A stretch of 64,000 bases of DNA, from positions 21,136 to 85,135 of the forward strand of contig JBBSXO010000005.1 of NCBI GenBank assembly GCA_038045705.1, read 5' to 3'. Source of the stretch: Nanobdellota archaeon. GTDB lineage: Archaea; Nanobdellota; Nanobdellia; Pacearchaeales; GW2011-AR1. The notes under the pieces are model-generated. The model did not search any database, was not told the origin of the DNA, and saw only the letters and a list, made by a program, of their open reading frames with translations. Shown here piece by piece: positions 40,114 through 49,490 of this stretch. Numbering within the stretch: the first letter of the stretch is position 1; every line of letters starts with the position of its first letter. The translations under genes and the position numbers were made by a program.

Positions 40114-40584
40114 TTAGTAAACAACCGTCTGTCCATCTTTTTCAGGACAAGTATAAGCTATTTTTCTTTCTTCCTTTTCAGCAAGCAGTTTAGGTATCAC
40201 TCTAAATTTATCTCCGCTATTAACAGTAAATCCTAGGCAAGCATAAGAAGACATTCCAACTTTCACAGTACCGCCATTAAATGCCTGGTCAATAACTTCT
40301 ACAGAGCCAGTAGCATCGTCGTACTGAAGAACTTTAGCCCCATAGATAGGGATATTTCCGATGTTGTTGATGTCTATTGCACTTCCAGTGCATTGAGAAG
40401 CAGTTAGAGCTATCTGCACTTCAAATCTTACATCTTCACAAGAACTTTCAACAACTCTATCTCCTTTGGTAGCACTTTCAGATAAAAAGCCTCTGGCCCA
40501 AATAAAGATAATAGCTGCAAGAACAACAACAATAACAATTAGCAAAACTGTAGCCACAACAGGACTAACACCCTTTTTGAACAT
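40114..40584 (-). CDS. Archaeal type IV pilin
   Basis: KKG|VSPVVATVLLIVIV. Confidence 0.85.
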   Translation of the reverse strand: MFKKGVSPVVATVLLIVIVVVLAAIIFIWARGFLSESATKGDRVVESSCEDVRFEVQIALTASQCTGSAIDINNIGNIPIYGAKVLQYDDATGSVEVIDQAFNGGTVKVGMSSYACLGFTVNSGDKFRVIPKLLAEKEERKIAYTCPEKDGQTVVY

Positions 40585-40646
40585 CTTTTAGAAAGAAAAC
40601 ATTTGTTTTTATATGTTGACATGCATCGACACTAGAAGAAATAAAA

Positions 40647-41186
40647 TCAAGGTGCAACACAAGGAACTATTTTAGTAACAACTGCTTCAGGACAAAGAAC
40701 AGGCTCATTTTCTATCCATATAACTGGCTGAACACTTATCTCTTGTACTTGAGTAGGTACTAAATTATAAGTATATGTCTTACAAAATTTTTCACCTGGA
40801 TTTAAGACACTCGTGTTTCCATTACATATTGAATTTAAATTTAAATCAAGATTCAAATTCTCTCTAAATGCTCTATTGTAATCTCCTATTTTTACGTACG
40901 CACCTTCGACTTTGAATAATCCTCTATTAGTTATATTCAAATTTATTGTTGAAAAGAGCGGATTTGTAGGGCGGTTCAGAGTACAGGAAGCATAATCTAT
41001 TGATAGTTTAATATCAACATCACATTCAGGTCTTTCATCAGGTAAATAAAGTTTTAAGTAAAAGAAAACAGCCGTTGATAATGCTACAGCAATAGCTATA
41101 AGTAAAACATATCCCACCATAAGGCTAACTGCTCTTTTATTCAACAGTAACAAATTTCTCTCCATCTTCATCTTTAGATAATACAA
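40647..41186 (-). CDS. Archaeal type IV pilin-like protein
   Basis: NKRA|VSLMVGYVLLIAIAV; true start probably downstream of 41186. Confidence 0.8.
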   Translation of the reverse strand: MYYLKMKMERNLLLLNKRAVSLMVGYVLLIAIAVALSTAVFFYLKLYLPDERPECDVDIKLSIDYASCTLNRPTNPLFSTINLNITNRGLFKVEGAYVKIGDYNRAFRENLNLDLNLNSICNGNTSVLNPGEKFCKTYTYNLVPTQVQEISVQPVIWIENEPVLCPEAVVTKIVPCVAP

Positions 41187-41658
41187 AATAAAAGTTCTGT
41201 CCAGGTTTTAAATTAAATACATAATCTACACCCTCAATTCTTATTCTAACACTATTCGAGGCTCCAGTATATTCAGCTTCAATTTCTTCTCCGCTTTGTA
41301 TAGTAATCGGGACAAGTATCCCGTCAAGAAGAGTAACTCCAACAACTTGCACACTTTCATAATAATATGCATAAATTCCAGTTTGAGCATTTCCATACAC
41401 AAATGCAACATCTTGGTTTCCTATATTTTCACTGTAACTGTTTAATAATTGTGATGCAAGTCTACTGACATTTGAGGATGTTACAACACCATAATCAAGA
41501 ACTCTTTTAGTTTCAAAATTAATTTCATCTCCTAAATCAAAAAATGCTTCGGGCTTATCTCTAGTTGTACTCTGATTTGAGATTCTTACTAGACTTATCA
41601 CTATCCCTACAATTATAAGTGCAGCCATCAAAAAAACCTGTCCTCTTTTATTCATCAA
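41137..41658 (-). CDS. Class III signal peptide protein (minor pilin-like)
   Basis: MMNKRG|QVFLMAALII. Confidence 0.7.
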   Translation of the reverse strand: MMNKRGQVFLMAALIIVGIVISLVRISNQSTTRDKPEAFFDLGDEINFETKRVLDYGVVTSSNVSRLASQLLNSYSENIGNQDVAFVYGNAQTGIYAYYYESVQVVGVTLLDGILVPITIQSGEEIEAEYTGASNSVRIRIEGVDYVFNLKPGQNFYFVLSKDEDGEKFVTVE

Positions 41659-41710
41659 ATAATCAAAGTAAATGTAATTTTTAAACTGTATGTATTAAGA
41701 AAAGAATAAC

Positions 41711-41967
41711 GTAGGCGGGGAGTTTGCTTGACGTCAAAAAATCGTTTGACCTTCTACCATCCTCGGTATCGCACTCCGGTAAGCACCGAAGCTTCTGCTT
41801 AGGGCTGCTCCGATCAAGGTCTGACCCAGTTCACAGGAGCACGGTCGAACAGGACAATACCTCAACGTCCGGTAAAAGACGAGAGTTTGTTCGTTTCACG
41901 TACTCCTTTAAGTTCACTTGAAGCCCGCGGGTGTAACAGCACAGGGCTAACGTGCCAACTCGCCTAC
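41711..41967 (-). ncRNA. ffs: Archaeal SRP RNA (7S) with Alu domain
   Basis: Ends pair (GTAGGCG/CGCCTAC); Alu hairpins with complementary loops AGCCC/GGGCT and a UGU motif; helix 8 GAAC..GGGTCAGACC...GGAGCAGCCC. Confidence 0.88.
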
Positions 41968-41991
41968 AATAAATCGATTATAATGTGCTTT

Positions 41992-42294
41992 TTAAGTGTT
42001 TCTAGAAGGTTTAATTCCATTAACTATTGAACCTAAGTCATCCAATTCATAATAAGATAACGACTCAGCTTCTATTCCAGCAGGCAAATTTCTTCCATTT
42101 TCCGAAATACCATTTAAGACAGTGACATTCTTAGTTCTAGTTCTGACTCCAGTTAAATATCCTCTCAAATAATCAATACTTTCTTGATAACTATTTTGAC
42201 GCTGATCTCCAGACCAAGTGTGTATTATTAAAAATCTTTGTGAACATTTGATCTTAGCAATGTAAATTGTTTCAGTATTTTCCATCAAACACAC
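41992..42294 (-). CDS. Hypothetical protein
   Basis: 100-aa ORF, no recognised motif. Confidence 0.5.
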   Translation of the reverse strand: MCLMENTETIYIAKIKCSQRFLIIHTWSGDQRQNSYQESIDYLRGYLTGVRTRTKNVTVLNGISENGRNLPAGIEAESLSYYELDDLGSIVNGIKPSRNT

Positions 42295-42498
42295 TCATTA
42301 ATCTTCAGAAACCTTTTCCTTTATCTTAATCAAGTCTTTACTCAAATATTTATTTTCTTTTATTTTATGATTCTTCTTACTAGAAAAGAAAAGAAGGACA
42401 ATCAAAACTACGAAAGAAACCCCGGTACTCATCAACAAAACTTGTTCAATACCTATCATGGAGCTTTTAGAATTCTTCAGGCGTATTTAAAGATTACC

Positions 42499-42822
42499 TC
42501 ACTGCGATAGTCTTTTAATAAATTCTTCTTTCAATAATCTTTTCTTCTTTTCAGAAAGATGAAATAACTTGCGACTAACCATTTCTTCTGAAACTGTTAC
42601 AATGCTGTTAAGCTTTATTATGCTATCTGTAATTGCTCCTTCAGATTTACTAAGAGGAATGCCTTCCATTTCCAAGTTACTTGTTATTCCAGCACAGACA
42701 ATATTTCCAAATTCCTCAAATAATACAACAGCTGGTCTAGGCTTTATTTCAAATGTATCAACATACTGAACCCGCGCGAGAATAACTTCTCCAAACTTAT
42801 ACATTATCCCATATTTCGTCAT
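42499..42822 (-). CDS. MazF/PemK-family toxin
   Basis: GEVILARVQYVDTFEIKPRPAVV...AGITSN. Confidence 0.85.
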   Translation of the reverse strand: MTKYGIMYKFGEVILARVQYVDTFEIKPRPAVVLFEEFGNIVCAGITSNLEMEGIPLSKSEGAITDSIIKLNSIVTVSEEMVSRKLFHLSEKKKRLLKEEFIKRLSQ

Positions 42823-43024
42823 GTTTAGTTCCCCATAACTCTTTCATTTTTGGCTTCTGTATTTCATGAAGAAATTTGTCATATTGATTGCGTTTTTTTA
42901 AATTTAAATAGATATTAATAATTTTTCTTAAAATTTCGTCATAAGTTTCTCTGGGATTATCTTTTGCTTCTTTCAAAAGATTTATGACTTCTTTACTTAA
43001 CAAAATTGTAGATCCTTCTGCCAT
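42797..43024 (-). CDS. Putative antitoxin
   Basis: STILLSKEV..LLKEAKDNPRETYDEILRK; overlaps the toxin gene. Confidence 0.75.
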   Translation of the reverse strand: MAEGSTILLSKEVINLLKEAKDNPRETYDEILRKIINIYLNLKKRNQYDKFLHEIQKPKMKELWGTKHDEIWDNV

Positions 43025-43061
43025 TATACATCTGTTATATATGCATTATATATAAATTTTT

Positions 43062-44735
43062 CTACATCTCATCAAGCGTAGGTATTCCAAGCAAATGCAA
43101 CGCATTTTCGAGTACTTGTACAAAAGCAGAAACCAAAGCAACCCTAAATTTTTCTTCTTTGCTTCCAATAACAGCACAAGTATGATAAAATTCATTAAAC
43201 ATTTGCGCTAAACTGTAAGAATAATGTGCAATTAGGTTTGGAGATAAATTTTTAGAAGATCCATCAACTATTTCAGGAAATTTAGCTAATTCATTTATTA
43301 GTTTTCTTTCATATTCATCCACTTGATGAATTATAAAATTACCCTTTATTTTATTAGATTTTTTTAAAATACTATTGGCTCGTGCCAAGCTATAAAGCAA
43401 ATAAGGTCCAGTATCTCCTTCGAATCTAATTGCCTCTTCTTTATTGAATATAATTACTTTGTTTGTATCTTGTTTTATCATAGGATACTTCATACCAGCC
43501 ACTGCAATTGCAATAGCTCTTTTTTCTGCATCAACCTCGCTCAGCTTTTCTCTCTTATTTATTTCTTTTTTAGCAGCCTCAACCAATTCATTTCTAAAAT
43601 CCGCGTAAAGAATATTGTTTCCAGTTCTAGAAGACATTTTTCCTTCAGGGAGTCTTACAGACTCATAACCTAAATGATAATACTTCTCCCAATTCTTGAA
43701 CTTCATAATTTCGAGAGTTTTTTTTAGTTGTTGAAAATGTAAATTTTGTTCAACACTGGTTATAACTAAAGATTCATCAACATCATATTTATCAAATTTC
43801 TTCTCTGCAAGAGCAAGGTCTTTAGCAGAATATAAAACAGTTCCATCTCTTCTAAGTAGAACCCAGACTCCTAGATTTTTATCTTTTAGATTTATAATTG
43901 TTGCACCATCAGATATCTCTGCAAATCCTTTTTTAACTAATTCATAAGAAATATTTTTTCCAGCCAATTCAAATTGACTTTCAAAAAAATGTTCATCAAA
44001 TTTAACATCAAGATCCTTGTAAACTGGTTTCCAAGCAGTTATAGATTTAGACCTAGTGTCTTTCCACAATTTCAGAAGTTTATTATCTCTTTTCTCATCA
44101 AGTTTTTTATTTATCTCTAAAACTTCATTTTCCCCATCTTCATTTCCATCAAGTTTTTGAACTGCCTCAACATATATTTTAGCAAACCAACTTTCATCAT
44201 TTTGTATTTTCTCTTTTTTGTGAAACTTAGTGTAAGCCCATAACCACTTTGCAATATGCATCCCAGTATCTCCAGAATAATTAGCTCTTATTACATCATA
44301 TCCAGAAAATTCTCTTAGCCTGGCTATACTCTCACCAAGTGATGTCCCTCTAATATGTCCAACATGAAATGCTTTATGGGTATTTGGTTGAGAAAACTCC
44401 ATCATAAACTTTTTACCTTTGCCCACTTTATTTGACCCATACTTTTTCTTCTCTTTAGAAATTGTCTTTAGTAGATTATATGCAAATTTCTTTGAATCTA
44501 GAAAGAAATTAATATATCCTCTAGTGGCCTCAACTCTTTCAAAACCATCTTTATTTATTTTGTCAGCAATTTCTTTAGCAATTTCTAAGGGATTTTTTCT
44601 CATAGTCTTAGATAAAATAAAACAAGGAAATGCATAATCTCCATTAGTCAAATCTTTAGGTATCTCCACCAATTCTTCAATAGTCTTAGGATCAAGACCA
44701 GTTATTTTCAATGCATTAATTATCTTAGATTTCAT
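43062..44735 (-). CDS. argS: Arginine-tRNA ligase
   Basis: PNTHKAFHVGH, KMSSRTG, FEGDTGPYLLY and DALR-type C-terminus. Confidence 0.96.
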   Translation of the reverse strand: MKSKIINALKITGLDPKTIEELVEIPKDLTNGDYAFPCFILSKTMRKNPLEIAKEIADKINKDGFERVEATRGYINFFLDSKKFAYNLLKTISKEKKKYGSNKVGKGKKFMMEFSQPNTHKAFHVGHIRGTSLGESIARLREFSGYDVIRANYSGDTGMHIAKWLWAYTKFHKKEKIQNDESWFAKIYVEAVQKLDGNEDGENEVLEINKKLDEKRDNKLLKLWKDTRSKSITAWKPVYKDLDVKFDEHFFESQFELAGKNISYELVKKGFAEISDGATIINLKDKNLGVWVLLRRDGTVLYSAKDLALAEKKFDKYDVDESLVITSVEQNLHFQQLKKTLEIMKFKNWEKYYHLGYESVRLPEGKMSSRTGNNILYADFRNELVEAAKKEINKREKLSEVDAEKRAIAIAVAGMKYPMIKQDTNKVIIFNKEEAIRFEGDTGPYLLYSLARANSILKKSNKIKGNFIIHQVDEYERKLINELAKFPEIVDGSSKNLSPNLIAHYSYSLAQMFNEFYHTCAVIGSKEEKFRVALVSAFVQVLENALHLLGIPTLDEM

Positions 44736-44736
44736 T

Positions 44737-45180
44737 TTAGTTTAAACAATCACTATATTTAAGCAACTTTCTATATTTTAATAATAACGTTGCTTTATTA
44801 ACATATAATTCAAAGTCAAGCTCTTTATTTTTATTAGCTTTTTTTATTGCATCACACAGCCCAATTTCTCCGATTACAGATTCATAGCCTTGTGGCAATA
44901 TTACTTTAATATCTTTATCTGTATTTTTTCCATCAGATAAAATAACATTTTTTCCATCTATCTCATAAGTCTTACTACCTATAATCAACTCTAAAGATGA
45001 GCTTTTAGGCAATGATTCAACTGCAGGATGTGTCTCAAGATAATTTGGAAAAGATTCTGTGTTTACAACAAGCCCTGTTGCCTCATTTAAATTTCCATTG
45101 AATGAATCAATAAAAAGAAACATCACAAATGCCAAAGCAAGAAATATAATTACAGATAGAGTAAACAGTTTAGCAGACAT
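44737..45180 (-). CDS. Hypothetical membrane-anchored protein
   Basis: N-terminal TM followed by ATGLVV motif. Confidence 0.6.
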   Translation of the reverse strand: MSAKLFTLSVIIFLALAFVMFLFIDSFNGNLNEATGLVVNTESFPNYLETHPAVESLPKSSSLELIIGSKTYEIDGKNVILSDGKNTDKDIKVILPQGYESVIGEIGLCDAIKKANKNKELDFELYVNKATLLLKYRKLLKYSDCLN

Positions 45181-45218
45181 ATGTTTTAAAAAACATCTAC
45201 CTTTTTATTCTTTTATAC

Positions 45219-45291
45219 GCCTCTGTAGCTCAGCCGGTAGAGCACCAGTTTCGTAAACTGGGGGTCGGGGGTTCAATCCCCTCCAGAGGCT
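45219..45291 (+). tRNA. tRNA-Thr(CGT)
   Basis: GCCTCTG/CAGAGGC acceptor stem, CCAGT-TTCGTAA-ACTGG anticodon arm, GGTTCAATCC T arm; CCA not encoded. Confidence 0.95.
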
Positions 45292-45361
45292 TATAACCAA
45301 ATCAACTTGTTGATTTAGTGTTTCCAATAAGTTTAAAATTTAAGATAAGCACATTATCTTT

Positions 45362-45436
45362 ATGAGTTATTATATTCTAATTAGAGGACCATTAGGCATT
45401 GGGAAAACTACGATCTCCATTAGAGATTACTGTTGA
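45362..45436 (+). pseudogene. P-loop kinase N-terminal fragment
   Basis: MSYYILIRGPLGIGKTTISIRDYC*: Walker A followed almost immediately by a stop. Confidence 0.55.
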
Positions 45437-45677
45437 AGATGAATCAGGTGAATTCCCTAGAGATGCATCTATTGAATTATTATTAAATTCCACAATTTTA
45501 GGAGCGGTTACAGGCATGATAAATGGATATGGAAGTCATTCTTTTTAGGTGGATATTTTATTGGAGGATTAGCACCACTCACATGGTATGTTCTCTTTAA
45601 AAATAAATATAATAAATCAATATAATAAATCAATATAGTGCAAGAATCCTTAAATACTAATAATTATCAAGTGCTTC

Positions 45678-45836
45678 ATGAATAAGGAAAAAGATTTACA
45701 TCTTGCAATTATTGCTGGAGCAACAAGTGCTTTAGAACATTTAAAACAAAACAGAAATGCAACTCACGATGATGCTTTAAGACACGTCATAGACAATGCT
45801 GACGGAATAATAAACAATATAGACTTTTCTCAATAA
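45678..45836 (+). CDS. Small hypothetical protein (52 aa)
   Basis: MNKEKDLHLAIIAGATSALEHL..., translated by hand; TTAAATA box upstream. Confidence 0.5.
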   Translation: MNKEKDLHLAIIAGATSALEHLKQNRNATHDDALRHVIDNADGIINNIDFSQ

Positions 45837-45848
45837 AAACAATCAAAA

Positions 45849-46712
45849 TTAGTTAGCTTTAACAATTCCAAATCTCTGTCTGTTATAAACAAATAATCCA
45901 ACTACCCCAACAACAACTAACAATATTCCCAAACCTAAAGCACCTTTGTTTCCAAGAACTCCAATAACTGCTCCAGTAATTTTAGAAAATCTAGAGTCAC
46001 TTTCATCTTCAGAAGATGTGCTCAATTCTTCTAATGGCAATGTTATTGTGTTTAATCTTCTACCATTTGATTCATCATCGTTATTATTTGAGTTTCTACC
46101 ATTACCATTATTATTTCTACCACTATTATCATCATTGTTATTTGATGAAGGATTAACAGGGTTAGTCGGCCCTGATATAACTATTATCTGAGGATCAACA
46201 GGTGCAATGGATGTAGGAATCGAATTAACAGAAGGAACTATTGGAGCTATAGGTACAGGGTTTGAGGTAACCACATAACCTGAATCAACAGGTGCAATAG
46301 GTACTGGCATAGAATTAACAGGATTTACTGGAACGATAGATACAGGATTCGAAGTAACTAAAATCCTAGGTCCAGCAGGTATAATAGGAGTAGCACTAGC
46401 AGAAGCCTCAATTAAAACAGGTGCAATAGGTGTTGGTATAGAATTAATAGAAGGACCTATAGAAAAAGGAGGTACACTATTAGAGACAGGACTAGTTGAC
46501 TCAACAGAAACTGGCGTAGATAAACTAGTAGGAACAGTTGAAATTGGCGTAGATGATGCAGAAAGATCATTAGCTACAGGAACAGCATTGTAATTTCCAG
46601 ACCAAGAATGCATTGTCTCAGGTTCAGAAACTAAACTTTGTCCCATAGATGTCAAAGACACAGCTAAAACCATCAAAGCAATAAACACGAACTTCAAATT
46701 CATAAAAAACAA
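45849..46712 (-). CDS. Pro/Ser/Val-rich repetitive surface protein with C-terminal TM anchor
   Basis: Signal peptide; recurring NS[IM]PxxIAPV and VTSNPV units; Asn-rich linker; ITGAVIG plus TM. Confidence 0.75.
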   Translation of the reverse strand: MFFMNLKFVFIALMVLAVSLTSMGQSLVSEPETMHSWSGNYNAVPVANDLSASSTPISTVPTSLSTPVSVESTSPVSNSVPPFSIGPSINSIPTPIAPVLIEASASATPIIPAGPRILVTSNPVSIVPVNPVNSMPVPIAPVDSGYVVTSNPVPIAPIVPSVNSIPTSIAPVDPQIIVISGPTNPVNPSSNNNDDNSGRNNNGNGRNSNNNDDESNGRRLNTITLPLEELSTSSEDESDSRFSKITGAVIGVLGNKGALGLGILLVVVGVVGLFVYNRQRFGIVKAN

Positions 46713-46970
46713 TGTTTCTTAAGCTATTTAAATCTTTCTGTCACTATTTAGTAATATCCTATTGGAAATGACTGCTTCAAATTCTCTTAAAAAAACCTGC
46801 TGATGGAAAGTCAATTTAGAGATGATAAATTCAAGAAGTGACTCTTTTTGCGCTCTCCGTATAATGCCTCCCACCGCTTTCCGCTATTTTCTCTATAATC
46901 TAACAATTTCCTTATCCTGTTATTTCTATATAGTGGTACTAATACAAATATTTAAAAAGCAAGATGTTGC

Positions 46971-48380
46971 TTGTTTTCTATAGTATTGGATCTTGATTAT
47001 AGAAGCAGCGAAGGCGCAGAAATAGCACTTTTAGATAGAACTTTAGAAATGCTTGCTAGAACTGATAGGGGTCAGAGAAGAGTTGTTAGAGCATATGAAT
47101 TAGGAGAAATTAACGCTAAGCATGGAGCACTAAGAGAAATAAAAAATAATCAAGAAGTTAAAGATTATGTAAAATCCTTATTTGGTGTTAAAGGAAAGGA
47201 AGAATGGGAAGAGACTACTTTTTCTGGAATTAGAGATTTAGAGCATGCTGTTGGAGGTAGACAAAGAGATAGAGGCTTTTCTGATTTAGATTATGCTAGA
47301 TATTATTTTTTAAATTTAGGTGAAGAACTTGGGAGACTTTCTGAAAAGTTAAGCGAAGCTCCACATATAGAAGACAGATACTTAGCTGAACTGCTAGATA
47401 AGGCTAAATCTTTTGAAGGTAATAAATTATATACTGGTTCTAGAAAATTAATGGAGTTAGTCACTAAAATTAATGAATTAGGAAAGAAACCTACTAGAAA
47501 TTTCTTTAAAATAAGAAGAAATAAAAAAGAACAGAAGAGCTTAACTTTAGATTTAGTAAGCTCTTTCTTAAAGGGATCTGATGATAAAAGTATAGATGTA
47601 GCATACGATTCAATTGCAAGAATTGACGAACTTAATGCTTATGATAGCTATGCAGAGAGCTTACCTGTTGCTTCTTTGCCAACTGTAGTAGATTCTCCTA
47701 AACATTTTTTTAGAGCAACTAACTTAGTAAATGGAGTAACAGCTATAAAAAACAGAGATTATACTCCGAATGATGTAGAATTAGATGAAAATAGAATTGC
47801 ATTTCTAACAGGACCTAACACTGGCGGAAAGACTTCTTTAGTGAAATCTATTGTTTATGCGCAACTTCTTGCTCAAAAAGGTTGTTATGTGCCTGCAGAG
47901 TCTGCTACAGTAAGTGTAGCTGATAGAATATTTTTGTTTACAGGAGAACCTAACTCTATCCACGATGCTGAAGGCAGTTTTGGAAGAAATATGTCTCGTG
48001 CAAGAGAAATAGTCTTTGGGTCAACTCCTCGTTCTTTAGTTATAGTTGATGACTTAATAGAAGGGACTAGGCCACAGGAAAGGGACGTACATATTAGAAA
48101 TATTTTACAAGGATTATATCATAAAGAACCAACCGTTGTTTACATAACTCATGATGATTCCTTAGTGGATGATTTCGCTGAAGTTGGAGCTGGAGAAGGT
48201 GTAGAAATGGAATTTGATGGAACAAGACCTACATATAAACTTAAAAAAGGTATTGCTCGTAACAGCCATTCAGACTTAGTGGCCAGACGAGTTGGTTTAG
48301 ATAAAGATAGTATTGTAAAACATTTAATGGAAAATGGGCATATACAATCAGCAGATGAATTTGATATATTGAGAAAGTAA
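46971..48380 (+). CDS. MutS domain-V ATPase lacking the mismatch-recognition domain
   Basis: LTGPNTGGKTS, LAQKGCYVPAESA, SLVIVDDL, ITHD and TYKLKKG motifs. Confidence 0.8.
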   Translation: MFSIVLDLDYRSSEGAEIALLDRTLEMLARTDRGQRRVVRAYELGEINAKHGALREIKNNQEVKDYVKSLFGVKGKEEWEETTFSGIRDLEHAVGGRQRDRGFSDLDYARYYFLNLGEELGRLSEKLSEAPHIEDRYLAELLDKAKSFEGNKLYTGSRKLMELVTKINELGKKPTRNFFKIRRNKKEQKSLTLDLVSSFLKGSDDKSIDVAYDSIARIDELNAYDSYAESLPVASLPTVVDSPKHFFRATNLVNGVTAIKNRDYTPNDVELDENRIAFLTGPNTGGKTSLVKSIVYAQLLAQKGCYVPAESATVSVADRIFLFTGEPNSIHDAEGSFGRNMSRAREIVFGSTPRSLVIVDDLIEGTRPQERDVHIRNILQGLYHKEPTVVYITHDDSLVDDFAEVGAGEGVEMEFDGTRPTYKLKKGIARNSHSDLVARRVGLDKDSIVKHLMENGHIQSADEFDILRK

Positions 48381-48517
48381 TATCTGAGGATATCTGCAAA
48401 AAAATTGGTTATGAATGCATGCTTCTTGAATTTATAAGATGTACAAATTGGATAGATATTTAGAAATTAAGAGAAAAAGCGAATTAATGTTTTTTGGAAT
48501 AAAATATAAGTTAAATT

Positions 48518-48814
48518 TTACTCTTCAACTTTATGCTCTTCTAGGAATGGTGTATCATGTACGCCGTTGTCCATTGTTTCAGGATTTTCGTTTGACAGAT
48601 TCTTAATCATTTCTTCATACATCTCCCCGGTTTCATTAATCCACGTTTTATTTCCTTCGAGACTTTCTTTTTTATCATTGAGCATCTCTAATCTATGTTT
48701 GTTCCAAGCCTTTAATGCGCCTTCTTTAGTTTTATGAACACTTTCAATAGAGTAATGTTCTGGACCATAATCTCCTATAATGAAAACTTTCTTTTCATCT
48801 TTCTCCCAAAACAC
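48518..48814 (-). CDS. Hypothetical protein
   Basis: 98-aa ORF, no recognised motif. Confidence 0.55.
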   Translation of the reverse strand: MFWEKDEKKVFIIGDYGPEHYSIESVHKTKEGALKAWNKHRLEMLNDKKESLEGNKTWINETGEMYEEMIKNLSNENPETMDNGVHDTPFLEEHKVEE

Positions 48815-48830
48815 AATATTTATATAGTGT

Positions 48831-48846
48831 TATCATTATAATGATA
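48831..48846. promoter_or_regulatory. Perfect 16-bp palindrome 2 bp upstream of the HTH gene start, putative operator
   Basis: TATCATTATAATGATA is self-complementary. Confidence 0.6.
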
Positions 48847-48848
48847 GT

Positions 48849-49490
48849 ATGGATATTGAGACTTTAAACCCTTATGTCATTAGAATTTTGATTTCTGCTA
48901 GAGATCAGGATAGCATGAGCTCTATTGCAAAGAGAATAGGCTTATCTTATGGTTGGACCCATAAGTGGATTAGTGTATTAATCAAAGAGGGAGTATTCAA
49001 AGAAAAATGGAATGGAATAATATTGCAGGAGGATAATCAAAGTTATAAAAAAATAATGCAGTTCATCAAGAATACTATAAATCCAATTAATTTATACTAT
49101 TCAACATTACCTTTAATGGGAATATCTTATTCATTGACGCAAACTGATGCAGTTTATGTATGGACTAATGGAGGATATAATATTGCAAGATACAAAGAGT
49201 TTTATCCAATATTTATAAAAATTGAAAAGAAAGATTATCAAACATTTTTGTATTACTGTAATAAATTGGGATTAAATATTAAGGCTAAGGACGGGACTTT
49301 TTATGACCCTAAATTAGTTAAAAAATTAATCTCTGTGAAAAATGGAAAGTATGATGTGGACTCTTTAGAAGAAACCATCGATTTTATGAAGAATAATATT
49401 TATAATTTTGAACCTGCTTTAGAGATGATCGATGAAATGTATCATAAAAAGTTAGGATATGAATATAAAGAAGTAAGTTCATTATCATGA
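48849..49490 (+). CDS. N-terminal HTH protein, putative AbiEi-like antitoxin
   Basis: SMSSIAKRIGLSYGWTHKWISVLIKEG; overlaps the downstream nucleotidyltransferase gene. Confidence 0.6.
   Translation: MDIETLNPYVIRILISARDQDSMSSIAKRIGLSYGWTHKWISVLIKEGVFKEKWNGIILQEDNQSYKKIMQFIKNTINPINLYYSTLPLMGISYSLTQTDAVYVWTNGGYNIARYKEFYPIFIKIEKKDYQTFLYYCNKLGLNIKAKDGTFYDPKLVKKLISVKNGKYDVDSLEETIDFMKNNIYNFEPALEMIDEMYHKKLGYEYKEVSSLS

Noticed and set aside
35118-41658. Archaellum operon or conjugative T4SS
   Set aside because: No FlaH/FlaF/FlaG, VirB4 or relaxase recognised; pilin N-termini fit type IV pili.
41724-41921. 65-aa ORF, and the alternative that this GC-rich segment is RNase P RNA
   Set aside because: The ORF is antisense to a structured RNA. 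The Alu loops and helix-8 motifs fit SRP RNA, and RNase P P4 motifs (GAGGAAAGUCC, ACAGAA) were not found in proper context.
2292-46191. Short antisense ORFs (60-120 aa) inside archaeal core genes
   Set aside because: Fully nested opposite to confidently identified genes; Phe/Leu/Ser-rich, as expected for the reverse strand of AT-rich coding DNA.
46030-46600. Possible CRISPR or noncoding repeat array
   Set aside because: The repeats are degenerate, in frame and encode the Pro-rich surface protein. No constant repeat-spacer pattern or cas genes were seen anywhere in the window.
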